Positions 26,027 to 34,897 are shown, counted from the stretch's first letter. The stretch: DNA of 45,757 bases from Dehalococcoidia bacterium (GCA_034432015.1 DAOUCL010000123.1:1-45757); one strand, 5' to 3'. The notes: a model not told the origin generated them from the sequence alone. A program made the numbers and translations.

Positions 26027-26599
26027 TCAGGCGCCGGTTTCGGGTCGCCCCCCGTCCTCGCAACGGACCGGTCCGAGGCGGGATTCAAGCTCGGCCTTTT
26101 GGTTTTCTAAAAAGCGCCGGTACGACAGGGTGTTTATTCCTTCCACCGTCATGATGAGGGCGTCTTCGCCCGTATCCGAGTAGTAGCCCTTGCGCAGGCC
26201 CACCCGGCCGAAGCGGTATTTTTCGTAGAGGCGCTGGGCCACGGTGTTAGAGACCCGCACCTCCAGGGTCACGTGGGCGGCCCCCAGCCGGCGGGCCGCT
26301 TCGATGGCCCTAAGGAGGATAAGTTCCCCGAACCCCCGGCCCCGCCGCTCAGGCCGGACGGCGATGGTGGTGATGTGGGCCTCCTCCTGGAAGACCCAGA
26401 GGCCCACGTACCCGATGAGTTTCCCCGGACCCTGATTCGGGTCGGCGGGGACCTCCCGAAGGACGAAGTAGTGGGCGAGGCGGTTTTCGGTAAGCTCCCG
26501 GTAGAAGGCCGATTCCGGCCAGGGGGTGGGAAAGGAGCGCCGCTCGATTTCCATCACCTCCGGCACATCGGCCGGTTTCATCCTCTCGAAGACGAGCAT
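26027..26599 (-). CDS. rimI: Ribosomal-protein-alanine N-acetyltransferase (GNAT)
   Basis: Begins MKPADVPEVMEIERRSFPTPWPESAF (RimI signature) and has the GNAT acetyl-CoA motif RGRGFGELIL. Carries a C-terminal extension of about 40 aa. Confidence 0.85.
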   Translation of the reverse strand: MLVFERMKPADVPEVMEIERRSFPTPWPESAFYRELTENRLAHYFVLREVPADPNQGPGKLIGYVGLWVFQEEAHITTIAVRPERRGRGFGELILLRAIEAARRLGAAHVTLEVRVSNTVAQRLYEKYRFGRVGLRKGYYSDTGEDALIMTVEGINTLSYRRFLENQKAELESRLGPVRCEDGGRPETGA

Positions 26600-26611
26600 G
26601 GGCGGCCGGGC

Positions 26612-27613
26612 CTAAACCCTCAGGTGAATCAGGGGCAGGTCCTTCATGGTGAGGAGGCCCGGGGCGGCCTCCATAACCCGGGGGATGGCGTTGACCACCA
26701 GGGCGGCGGTGCCCCGGTCCCCGTGAACCCCACCCGGGATCTCCACCGCCAGGGGCGGCACCCCGTCGATGACAACGGTGTCCCGAGGGTTTTTCGCCCC
26801 GACGTAGATCTCCAGGGTGAGCTCAACCACCGGCTCCCCGTCCCGGAAGCCACTCCCCACCTGCCGAAGGCCGGCGACCTGGCCCGGCCGGACGGTGAAG
26901 TACTCGGTGGCGGCCGGCTCTTCAGCGATGATGGGGTCCACCTCCTCCCGGTAGTCGTTGAGCCGCCAGCCCAGGCCAGAGGCGACCAGGTAGGCGGACT
27001 CCCGCAGGCCGACGTGTCGGACCCGGCCAGCCGCGGCCGCCGACCGGAACTGCTCCGGGGTGAGGCCGACGCCGACCTTTTCCTGAAGCTGGCGGCGCCG
27101 GGTGGCCGCGTCCACCACCCGCCAGGCCGAAACCCGGCGGACCTGCTGGCAGACACCGCTGAAAAAGAGGGCCATGGTATCCATGACGAAACCGGGGTTC
27201 ACCCCGGTGCCCAGGATGGTAACCCCGTGCTTTTGGGCCAGCATATCCAGCTGGCGGGCCTGGTCGGGGTAGCCGGCCCACGGGAAGGTAAGCTCTTCGC
27301 AGGTGGAGACGACGTTGGCCCCGGCCTCGATGACGGTCACCAGTTGCCGGTAGACCTGGGAAAAATAAGAGCCGGTGCAGAGGACGACTACGTCGGGGGA
27401 AGCTTCATCCAGGGCCCGCCCCAGGTCGGAGGTTACCCCCAAGCCGAGCTTGCGACCGAGGCCCAATAGCTCCCCAAGGTCCTGTCCGGCCTTCTGGGGG
27501 TCGATGTCAACCCCGCCCCTAACCTCGATGTACGGGCGGGTGAGGGAAAGTCGTGCGGCTTCCTGGCCGATGGGGCCGAGGCCCACAAAGAGGACGCCAA
27601 CTCTTTCCGGCAC
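26612..27613 (-). CDS. NAD(P)H-dependent amine dehydrogenase / dihydrodipicolinate-reductase-like family protein
   Basis: 333 aa. N-terminal Rossmann motif VLFVGLGPIGQEAAR and overall DapB-N/2,4-diaminopentanoate-dehydrogenase-like layout. Assignment is at family level only. Confidence 0.7.
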   Translation of the reverse strand: MPERVGVLFVGLGPIGQEAARLSLTRPYIEVRGGVDIDPQKAGQDLGELLGLGRKLGLGVTSDLGRALDEASPDVVVLCTGSYFSQVYRQLVTVIEAGANVVSTCEELTFPWAGYPDQARQLDMLAQKHGVTILGTGVNPGFVMDTMALFFSGVCQQVRRVSAWRVVDAATRRRQLQEKVGVGLTPEQFRSAAAAGRVRHVGLRESAYLVASGLGWRLNDYREEVDPIIAEEPAATEYFTVRPGQVAGLRQVGSGFRDGEPVVELTLEIYVGAKNPRDTVVIDGVPPLAVEIPGGVHGDRGTAALVVNAIPRVMEAAPGLLTMKDLPLIHLRV

Positions 27614-27643
27614 AGCCCTCTCCTCCGAAAGACAGCCCGGCTA

Positions 27644-28216
27644 CTAGAGGGCGATGAGACTGGTCTCGTAGAGCCGGGAGAAGATTTTCTGCCACAACTT
27701 CTTGGAGGGGTCGATGGCCTCGAAGTCGGCGGCGAGCTGTTCGGGCAGCCGGGGGGTGATGATGACGGTAGCCTGGCGGTGCTGGAACCGGTGGTCGAGG
27801 ATCTCATCCAGGTGGGCCACCTCGTGGGGGTGGTGGGGAACCAGGCCCGTTATGATGATGAGGGTCTGCTCGACCATCTGCCGGTAAAGTTCCAGGCTTA
27901 CGTGGGTTGCGATCCGGTACTCCTGCAGGACCTTCGGGTCGCCGCCTTCGGCCGGCCTGGGCTGGTGGGCCAGCTCGATCTTAAGCATGTAGGCGTTCAT
28001 GGCGAAGTCCCGCCAGGGCATCAGGGTGAAGCCGACGGGCGGCTGCCGGCCCTTCAGGATATCCACCATGAAGTTGACGATTCGGGCGGTCCGCTGCCGG
28101 TCGGCATTGAAGATGAGCCAGCCGATCCCTTCCCGCAGGTAGGAGTCGAGCCCCTCCAGGTAACTGTTAAGGCGGCTCAGCAGGTCCCGGTCCTGAATCC
28201 GGATGGCGCTGACCAT
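27644..28216 (-). CDS. Hypothetical protein, DnaC/DnaI/IstB-like fold with degenerate Walker A and B
   Basis: 190 aa. The segment order mirrors the helicase-loader AAA+ core, with GWLIFNADRQRTARIV where GxxGxGKT is expected and LIIITGL where hhhhDD is expected, followed by ILDHRFQHRQATVIITP (the sensor-I region, compare xRYxxxxxTIITSN). First gene of a minus-strand operon. Confidence 0.55.
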   Translation of the reverse strand: MVSAIRIQDRDLLSRLNSYLEGLDSYLREGIGWLIFNADRQRTARIVNFMVDILKGRQPPVGFTLMPWRDFAMNAYMLKIELAHQPRPAEGGDPKVLQEYRIATHVSLELYRQMVEQTLIIITGLVPHHPHEVAHLDEILDHRFQHRQATVIITPRLPEQLAADFEAIDPSKKLWQKIFSRLYETSLIAL

Positions 28217-28371
28217 GGCCTTTGCTCCCTATACCCCGGACTGACGACTTCTGCCGCTTCCCCCTCAAGTTTATTATATCGACCAGCCGCCAACTGGTCT
28301 TCAGCCGTTGAAGCCTCGGGCCGGTTGCGCTATTTTTAAGGGGCAGCTTTTGCGGAAAGGGGGTAGTCGGC

Positions 28372-29478
28372 ATGGTAAAGGCTGCGGTGATGTACCGGGT
28401 GGGGGCGCCCCTTGCGGTGGAGGAGGTGGACCTGCTGGAACCCGGCCCCGGCGAGGTACTGGTCCGGGTGGCGGCCGCCGGCGTCTGCCACAGCGACTGG
28501 TCCGTCCTTCGGGGTAAGATCCCCATTCCGGTTCCGGCCGTCTTGGGCCACGAGGGCGCCGGCGTTGTGGCTAAGACGGGCCCCGGGGTCACCTCCGTCC
28601 GGCCCGGGGATAAAATCATCATCTCCTGGCGGGCCCACTGCGGCCGCTGTTTCTACTGCGTCCAAGGTCGGCCGACCCTTTGTGACCAGGCCACCCGGGC
28701 CCGCTTTCAGGGCACCCTCTTCGACGGGACCACCCGGTTCAGAAAGGACGGGCAGGCGGTCCATCACATGGCCATGGCCTCCACCTTTGCCGAGTATACG
28801 GTCATCCCCGAGACCGGGGCCATCAAGGTCCGGCCGGATGCGCCCCTCGAAAAGGTTGCGGTGGTAGGCTGCGCCGTCATTACCGGGGTCGGGGCCGTCA
28901 CCACCACGGCCGACGTCGAAGTTGGGGCGACCGTGGCTGTTTTCGGCTGCGGGGGCGTCGGCCTCAGCGCCGTTCAGGGGGCCGTCCTGTGCGGGGCGTC
29001 TAAAATCATCGCCGTCGACGTCCTGGATTCAAAGCTTAAGCTTGCGGGGGAGCTGGGGGCCACCCACCTGGTGAACGCCGGGCGGGAGGACGCCGTTGCC
29101 CGGGTCCGGGAGCTGACCGGCGGGGAGGGGGTCGATTACGCTTTCGAGGTGGTGGGCGACCCCGGGGTGATGGCCCAGGCCTTCGAGGCGACCCGCCGGG
29201 GCGGAACCCTGGTGGTCGTGGGGGTGGCCGACCGGGAGGCCCGGCTTTCGGTAAGTCCCTTCGACTTGGTCCTCCAGGAGAAGCGGATTCTGGGGTCCCT
29301 TTACGGCTCCCTTCGGCCGCCGGTGGATATTCCCCGTCTGGTGGACCTGTGCCTGGAAGGTCGGCTGAAGCTCGAGCCCCTCATCTCCCGGGAAGTGGGC
29401 CTTTCGGAGATAAACGACGCCTTTGAACGGCTTATCCGGGGCGAAGCCGTCCGAAGCATCATCCGGTTTGGGGGGTGA
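28372..29478 (+). CDS. Zinc-dependent alcohol dehydrogenase (class III / MDR family)
   Basis: 368 aa. Contains GVCHSD, VLGHEGAGVV, the structural-Zn Cys cluster (CGRCFYCVQGRPTLC) and the Rossmann motif VFGCGGVGLS. Confidence 0.9.
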   Translation: MVKAAVMYRVGAPLAVEEVDLLEPGPGEVLVRVAAAGVCHSDWSVLRGKIPIPVPAVLGHEGAGVVAKTGPGVTSVRPGDKIIISWRAHCGRCFYCVQGRPTLCDQATRARFQGTLFDGTTRFRKDGQAVHHMAMASTFAEYTVIPETGAIKVRPDAPLEKVAVVGCAVITGVGAVTTTADVEVGATVAVFGCGGVGLSAVQGAVLCGASKIIAVDVLDSKLKLAGELGATHLVNAGREDAVARVRELTGGEGVDYAFEVVGDPGVMAQAFEATRRGGTLVVVGVADREARLSVSPFDLVLQEKRILGSLYGSLRPPVDIPRLVDLCLEGRLKLEPLISREVGLSEINDAFERLIRGEAVRSIIRFGG

Positions 29479-29957
29479 GGAATTTGGACGTCTACCTGAT
29501 GCAGCACGGCCTGGCCAAAACCCGGGAAGAGGACCCCGAGCGGCCCCTGACGGATGAGGGCCGGGCGACCGTGGAACGGGTCGCCCACCGGGTGGCGGCC
29601 CTGGGCCTTAAACCCGACCGCATCTACCACAGCGGCATCCTCCGGGCCCGGCAGACGGCGGAAATCCTGGCCGAACGGCTGGGAGTTGCCGACCGGGTCG
29701 AGGCCCGCCCGGGCCTGGAGCCCCTGGACCCGGTGGAGCCGGTGGCCCGCTGGCTGGATGAGTTGGCCGCCGCCTTCGGGGCTGTGGTGCTGGTGGGTCA
29801 CCTGCCGTTCCTGGACCGCCTGGCATCCCTGCTGGTGGCCGGGAACGAGGAGGCCCAGGTGGTGGCCTTCCGGATGGGCGGACTGGTAAAGCTCATCCCC
29901 AAGGGGAACCGGCCCGGCTACGCGGTGGCCTGGGCCCTTCCCCCGGAACTGGCGTGA
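29475..29957 (+). CDS. sixA: Phosphohistidine phosphatase SixA (histidine phosphatase superfamily)
   Basis: 160 aa. Contains LMQHG (RHG-type catalytic His context), PLTDEGR and VLVGHLPFL. The start overlaps the ADH stop (GTGA). Confidence 0.8.
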   Translation: MRNLDVYLMQHGLAKTREEDPERPLTDEGRATVERVAHRVAALGLKPDRIYHSGILRARQTAEILAERLGVADRVEARPGLEPLDPVEPVARWLDELAAAFGAVVLVGHLPFLDRLASLLVAGNEEAQVVAFRMGGLVKLIPKGNRPGYAVAWALPPELA

Positions 29958-31024
29958 TGTCCCCGGGTCGCCCCCGGCTGTTACTTATCCGCCCCGACCA
30001 CCTGGGGGACCTGATCCTGTGGCTTCCGGCCGTAAAGGCCCTTCGGGAGGCCCGGCCCGAGGCCCGGCTGACAGCCCTCGTCGGCCCCTGGGCCGAACCG
30101 GTGCTGGCCGGTATCCCCTGGGTCGACGACGTCATCACCTTCGAACTGCCCTACTTTGCCCGCCGGCCAAAGGCCGACCCCGCCGAACCCTACCGGATTC
30201 TTTTGGGTCTTGCCCGCCGGCTGCGCGCCCTAAAGTTTGACGTCGCCTTAAACTTTAGGCCCGATTTCTGGTGGGGCGCCCTCCTGGCCGCAACCGCCGG
30301 CATCCCCGAGCGGGTGGGGTTTAACCTCCGGCGGGTCGCCCCGTTTCTTACCCGGGCCGTCCCTTTTTGCCCGGAAGCCCACCAGGTAGCGGCTAATTTG
30401 CGGCTGGTGGATGAGGGACTGGGGCTGGGTCTTCGGCGGCCCTTCGGTCCGGACCTTTATCCCCTGGTCTGGCCGGAAGACCCCAAGGCGGCCGAGGCGG
30501 CCGAGGTTTGGGTTAAAACCAACACCCCGGGTCGGCCCCGGGTGGGGCTGGTGACGGAGGCCGGGGCGCCGGTCAAGGCCTGGCGGCGGGAGGCCTGGGT
30601 CGGCCTCAGCCGGGCCCTCACCCGGGAGTTCGGCGCAACCCTCATCGTTGCGGCCGGCCCGGGCCGGGCCGAGGCTTTGGGGCCCCTGGCAGACGAATTA
30701 GGGGCCCGGCTGGCCGTACTTCCCATCGGGGTGCTGGCCGAGGTCTTTCGCCGGTGCGACCTGGTGGTTGGCCTCGACAGCGGACCCCTCCACCTGGCCA
30801 TTGCGGCGGGGACCCCGACGGTGGGCCTCTTCGGCCCGGTCTCCCCCGGCCGGTTCGGACCCTGGGGTCCGCCCGAAAGGCACCGGGTGGTGATGTCGGA
30901 TTATCCCTGTGCCCCCTGCAACCGGCTGGACTACACGCCCGGAGAGCTTCCGGCCCACCTCTGCCTGCGGCTCCTGCCCCTGAAACCGGTCCTTGGGGCC
31001 GTGCGGGCTTGCTTTATGATTTAG
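29954..31024 (+). CDS. Glycosyltransferase family 9 (heptosyltransferase-like), paralog 1
   Basis: 356 aa. Begins LLLIRPDHLGDLILWLPAVKAL and has the C-terminal GLDSGPLHLAIAAGTPTVGLFGP, a GT9 (RfaF/RfaC) signature. Confidence 0.85.
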   Translation: MMSPGRPRLLLIRPDHLGDLILWLPAVKALREARPEARLTALVGPWAEPVLAGIPWVDDVITFELPYFARRPKADPAEPYRILLGLARRLRALKFDVALNFRPDFWWGALLAATAGIPERVGFNLRRVAPFLTRAVPFCPEAHQVAANLRLVDEGLGLGLRRPFGPDLYPLVWPEDPKAAEAAEVWVKTNTPGRPRVGLVTEAGAPVKAWRREAWVGLSRALTREFGATLIVAAGPGRAEALGPLADELGARLAVLPIGVLAEVFRRCDLVVGLDSGPLHLAIAAGTPTVGLFGPVSPGRFGPWGPPERHRVVMSDYPCAPCNRLDYTPGELPAHLCLRLLPLKPVLGAVRACFMI

Positions 31025-31027
31025 GCG

Positions 31028-32218
31028 ATGACGTCCCGACAAGTCCAGGTGAGGCCCCGGCTGAAGGCCAGGCTACGGCGGTTGGCCAGTCGGCTGGTTA
31101 TCGGGGCCTTTGGGGCGGCGGCCCGGCCGCCCCGGCCCACCGCGCCGCCCGAGGACCCGGCCCGGGTCCTTATCATCCGCCTCGACCTGCTGGGGGACCT
31201 TATGCTTTCAATTCCGGCCATTCGGGCGGTGCGCCGGCGCTGGCCCCGGGCCGAAATTACCGCCCTCGTCCTCCCCTACACGGCGCCCCTTCTGGGCCAT
31301 TTTCCGGAGGTGGACCGGGTGGTCACCTTCGACCCCAACCGCCTCCGGCCCTCGGGAACCCCCTGGCTTCCCGGCGTCTGGGCCGAATTTTTTCGTCTTG
31401 TCCGCCGGCTCCGGGCCGGCCGCTTCGACCTGGCCCTGGCCCTCTACGGCCCCTGGGCCGGCCTGCTGGCCCACCTAAGCGGGGCCGGATTCCGGGTGGG
31501 CTACGGGGCCGAGAGTCACCCCAACTTCTTTCATTTGCCCCTCCCCGGCCGCCGCTACCTGGTGCGCCGCCACGAGGCCGAGTACACCCTGGGGGTGGCC
31601 GCCGCCGTCGGGGCCCCGGGGGGCCCCGAGGACTATTTTATCGAGCCCCTGCCCGAAGCCTCGGCCCGGATTGGGGCGAAGCTGGCCCGGCTGGGGATTC
31701 CCAGGGGGATGCCCCTCATCGGCGTCCAAGTCGGGGCGGCCAACGGCTGGGCCAAGCAGTGGTACCCCGATAAGTGGGCGGCGGCCGCCGGGGAGATCGC
31801 CCGCCGGCGGGGGGCCGGGGTGGTCCTGACCGGGGCGGCCCGGGAGCGGCCCCTGGCCGAGGCCGTCCGGGCCGGACTGGGTGTTCCCGCCTGGAACCTG
31901 GCCGGGGAAACGGACATTCCCGAGCTGGTGGCCCTCCTGGGGAGGCTGAGTCTCTTCCTGGCCGGGGATACCGGTCCGATGCACCTGGCCACGGCCCTGG
32001 GGATTCCGACGGTGGCTTTACACGGCCCCACCGACCCCGCCCTCTCGGGACCCTGGCCGCCGGGCCGGGGGGTTGTGGTCCGGCTGGACATCCCCTGCAG
32101 CCCCTGTTATGACCTTACCGATGCGGCCGTCTGCCCCCTGGGCCACCATAACTGCCTGCGCCGCCTCGGCCCCGAGGCGGTGGTGGCCGCGGCCGGGGCC
32201 CTCCGGGTGGGCCGATGA
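31028..32218 (+). CDS. Glycosyltransferase family 9 (heptosyltransferase-like), paralog 2
   Basis: 396 aa. Contains VLIIRLDLLGDLMLSIPAIRAV and GDTGPMHLATALGIPTVALHGPT. ATG at 31028, 3 nt after the previous stop. Confidence 0.85.
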   Translation: MTSRQVQVRPRLKARLRRLASRLVIGAFGAAARPPRPTAPPEDPARVLIIRLDLLGDLMLSIPAIRAVRRRWPRAEITALVLPYTAPLLGHFPEVDRVVTFDPNRLRPSGTPWLPGVWAEFFRLVRRLRAGRFDLALALYGPWAGLLAHLSGAGFRVGYGAESHPNFFHLPLPGRRYLVRRHEAEYTLGVAAAVGAPGGPEDYFIEPLPEASARIGAKLARLGIPRGMPLIGVQVGAANGWAKQWYPDKWAAAAGEIARRRGAGVVLTGAARERPLAEAVRAGLGVPAWNLAGETDIPELVALLGRLSLFLAGDTGPMHLATALGIPTVALHGPTDPALSGPWPPGRGVVVRLDIPCSPCYDLTDAAVCPLGHHNCLRRLGPEAVVAAAGALRVGR

Positions 32219-33330
32219 GGGTGCTGGTCGTTAAGCTGGCCGACATCGGGGACCTGCTCACGGCGGTCCCGGCCCTCAAGGCCCTCCGGGCGGGCCTGCC
32301 GGGGGCCGAAATAACCCTCCTGGCCCCGCCCCACAGCGCCCCGGTCCTGGAGGGGACCCCCTGGGTTAACCGGGTCATTACCTTTGAAAAGCGCCGCTTC
32401 GATTCGCCCAAGGCCCTCCTTTCCCCCCGAAACTGGGCCGACCTGGCGCGCCTTGCCTGGGGCCTTCGCCGCCACCGGTTCGACTGGGTTATCCTGATGC
32501 ACCACTTGGTAACCAACTGGGGGGTGCTTAAGTTTGCCCTGCTGAGCCTTGCCGCCGCCCCCCGCCGCCTCGGCCTGGACGACGGCCGGGGCTGGTTTTT
32601 GACCCACCGCCTCCCCGACCCCGGCTACGGGGGCCTGCACGAGGTGGAGTGCTGGCTTAAGCTGGTGGGGGTGCTGGGGGTAAGCCCCGTTGACCGCCGC
32701 ATCGAGGTCCCCGTCGGGGAGCTGGAGCGGGCCTGGGCCCGGCAGGCCCTGGCCGAACTGAAGGGGCATCCACCGGTGGCCGTCGCCCCCGGCACCGGGG
32801 CCTTCAGCCCGGCCCGGCGCTGGCCCCCGGACCGGTTCGCCGACGTGGCCACGGCCCTGGCCCTCCGATTCGGGGTGGGGGTTGTGCTGGTGGGAGGGGG
32901 CGACAACCGGGCTGAGGCCGACCGGTTTCGAAGCCACTACCGGGGACCCCTGGTGGACCTGGTCGGGAAGACCACCCTCCGGCAGGCGGCGGCGGTGCTG
33001 GCCGGGTGTAAACTCTTTGTGGGCAACGACGGCGGGCTGATGCACCTGGCCGCCGCCGTGGGGACGCCGGTGGTGGCCGTCTTCGGCCCCTCCAACCACC
33101 TGGCCTGGGGACCCTGGCGGCCGGACCGGCCGGAGCTGGCCCGGGTCGTCCGGACCTGGCTTACACTGCCCTGCCAGCCCTGCCTCTACGTGGGCAACCG
33201 GCTGGGCCGCCGCTGGGGTTGCGATACCCTGGCCTGCCTGCAAACCGTCCGGGTGGAGGACGTGTTAAGCGCGGTTGAATCGATGAACCTTCTGGGGCGG
33301 CCCGCCACCGCCCCGCCGGCCGGGCCGTGA
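32215..33330 (+). CDS. Glycosyltransferase family 9 (heptosyltransferase-like), paralog 3
   Basis: 371 aa. Contains VLVVKLADIGDLLTAVPALKAL and GNDGGLMHLAAAVGTPVVAVFGPS. ATGA overlap with paralog 2. Confidence 0.85.
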   Translation: MRVLVVKLADIGDLLTAVPALKALRAGLPGAEITLLAPPHSAPVLEGTPWVNRVITFEKRRFDSPKALLSPRNWADLARLAWGLRRHRFDWVILMHHLVTNWGVLKFALLSLAAAPRRLGLDDGRGWFLTHRLPDPGYGGLHEVECWLKLVGVLGVSPVDRRIEVPVGELERAWARQALAELKGHPPVAVAPGTGAFSPARRWPPDRFADVATALALRFGVGVVLVGGGDNRAEADRFRSHYRGPLVDLVGKTTLRQAAAVLAGCKLFVGNDGGLMHLAAAVGTPVVAVFGPSNHLAWGPWRPDRPELARVVRTWLTLPCQPCLYVGNRLGRRWGCDTLACLQTVRVEDVLSAVESMNLLGRPATAPPAGP

Positions 33331-33899
33331 CGGCGGAACCCCAGCCCCTGCAATGCGCCGCCCACCCCGAGGTGGAGACCTACCTCCGGTGCGGCCGGTG
33401 CGGGCGGCCCATCTGTCCCCGGTGCCTGGTTCAGACGCCGGTGGGGGCCCGCTGCCGGGACTGCGCCCGGCCCCAGCGGCTGCCCACCTTCGAGCTGGGG
33501 GGCCTGGGCTACTTAAAGCTTCTGCCCGTGGGTCTGGGGGCCGTCCTCCTGAGCGGCCTCGCCTGGGCGGTGGTTCTGCCCCTTGCCCTCCGGCTGGGCC
33601 TGCTGGGGATCCTGGCCGGGGCCGCCATCGGGTACCTGGTGGGGGAGGCAGTGGCCCTCGCCTTCAACCGGAAGCGGGCGGCCATACTGGCCGTGGTGGC
33701 CGGGTTGGGGGTCGTCCTGGGGTTTTTGATGTCCCCGGGTTTTCGGAGCTGGTTGGTTCAGCTTCAGGCCGGCCGGGAACTCGACCTGCTGGCCCCCCTG
33801 GGGGCGGTTTTGCCCACCTTGTTTGGCCTGCTCCTCAATCCCCTGGCCCTGGTGGGGGTGGTCCTGGGGGTGGTGCTGGCCGTAAGCCGGGTCCGCTGA
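33327..33899 (+). CDS. Membrane protein with N-terminal B-box/zinc-ribbon (4 Cys pairs) and about 4 TM helices
   Basis: 190 aa. CAAHPEVETYLRCGRCGRPICPRCLVQTPVGARCRDC is followed by hydrophobic helices. GTGA overlap with GT9 paralog 3. Function unknown. Confidence 0.6.
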   Translation: MTAEPQPLQCAAHPEVETYLRCGRCGRPICPRCLVQTPVGARCRDCARPQRLPTFELGGLGYLKLLPVGLGAVLLSGLAWAVVLPLALRLGLLGILAGAAIGYLVGEAVALAFNRKRAAILAVVAGLGVVLGFLMSPGFRSWLVQLQAGRELDLLAPLGAVLPTLFGLLLNPLALVGVVLGVVLAVSRVR

Positions 33900-33901
33900 A
33901 G

Positions 33902-34882
33902 ATGGGGTCATCCCTGGCCGAGGTCGTCAGGTCCTGGGCCGGCCAAAGGGTGCTCGTGGTCGGCGACGTCTGCCTCGATGAGTACCTGTTCGGCCGGCCG
34001 GTCCGCCTAAGCCGGGAGGCGCCGGTGCCGGTGCTGGAGTTCACCCGCCGGCAAACGGTCCCGGGGGCGGCGGCCAACCCGGCCCTTAATGTCGTTCGGC
34101 TGGGCGGCCGGGCGGCCGTGGTGGGGGTAGTCGGGGACGACGAGGGGGGCGAAATTTTAAAGGCGCTGCTGTCCGGGGCCGGCATCGACGTCGGCGGGCT
34201 GGTAACCGACCCCGGCCGAACCACCACCCTCAAGACCCGCATCCTGGCCGAGGGAATTCTCCGGTTTCCGCAGCAGGTGGCCCGCCTCGACCGGGTGGAC
34301 CGGCGGCCCCTTCCCGGAGGGGTTCGGGAAAGCCTCCTTCGGGCCGTGGCCGAGCTGGCCGCCTGGGCCGACGGCATTCTCGTTTCCGACTACCGGCTCG
34401 GGGTAGTGGACGGGCCGGTACCGGGGGCGTTGCTGGCCACCGCCAGGAGCCTCGGCCGGCCGGTGACGGTGGATTCCCAGGGGGGCCTCGACCGCTTCGC
34501 CGGCTACACCCTGGTCCGGTGCAACCAGGCCGAGGCCGAAGGCGCCCTGGGCCGACCCCTGGCCGGGGAGGAGGCCTTCCGGGCGGGGCTTTCGGAGCTT
34601 CTGGGCCGACTGCGGGCCGAAATTGTGGTGGTCACCCGGGGCGCCGACGGCCTTTCGGTCGCCGCGGCCGGCGGTTACCGCTGGTTTCCGGCAGCCAACC
34701 TCTCCGAGGTATTCGACGTGACGGGGGCCGGCGACACCGTCATCGCCGTCCTCACCCTGGCCCTCCTGGCCGGGGCCGACCCCTGGCGGGCGGCCGACCT
34801 GGCCAACCGGGCGGCGGGGCTGGTGGTCCGCCGCATCGGCAACTACGCCCCGACGGCCGAGGAGCTGCTCGACGCCCTTTAA
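33902..34882 (+). CDS. hldA: D-glycero-beta-D-manno-heptose-7-phosphate kinase (HldA / RfaE domain I, PfkB family), stand-alone
   Basis: 326 aa. VLVVGDVCLDEYLFG...SREAPVPV...PGAAANPALN...DVTGAGDTVIAVL aligns along its whole length with the kinase half of E. coli HldE. No adenylyltransferase domain is present. I chose the ATG at 33902; the upstream part of track ORF 33353.. overlaps the previous gene out of frame and is spurious. Confidence 0.88.
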   Translation: MGSSLAEVVRSWAGQRVLVVGDVCLDEYLFGRPVRLSREAPVPVLEFTRRQTVPGAAANPALNVVRLGGRAAVVGVVGDDEGGEILKALLSGAGIDVGGLVTDPGRTTTLKTRILAEGILRFPQQVARLDRVDRRPLPGGVRESLLRAVAELAAWADGILVSDYRLGVVDGPVPGALLATARSLGRPVTVDSQGGLDRFAGYTLVRCNQAEAEGALGRPLAGEEAFRAGLSELLGRLRAEIVVVTRGADGLSVAAAGGYRWFPAANLSEVFDVTGAGDTVIAVLTLALLAGADPWRAADLANRAAGLVVRRIGNYAPTAEELLDAL

Positions 34883-34891
34883 ACAAAAAGA

Positions 34892-34897
34892 TATAAT
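34892..34897 (+). promoter_or_regulatory. Putative -10 box (TATAAT) for the glcDEF operon
   Basis: TATAAT at 34892..34897 in the 51 bp gap before glcD, with GGGGGAGG RBS downstream. No clear -35 element. Confidence 0.3.

Noticed and set aside
33353-33901. The N-terminal 183 codons of the 509 aa track ORF 33353..34882.
   Set aside because: This part overlaps the Zn-ribbon membrane gene in another frame and is Gly/Pro/Arg-rich. HldE-kinase homology begins exactly at the ATG at 33902 (MGSSLAEVVRSWAGQRVLVVGDVCLDEY).
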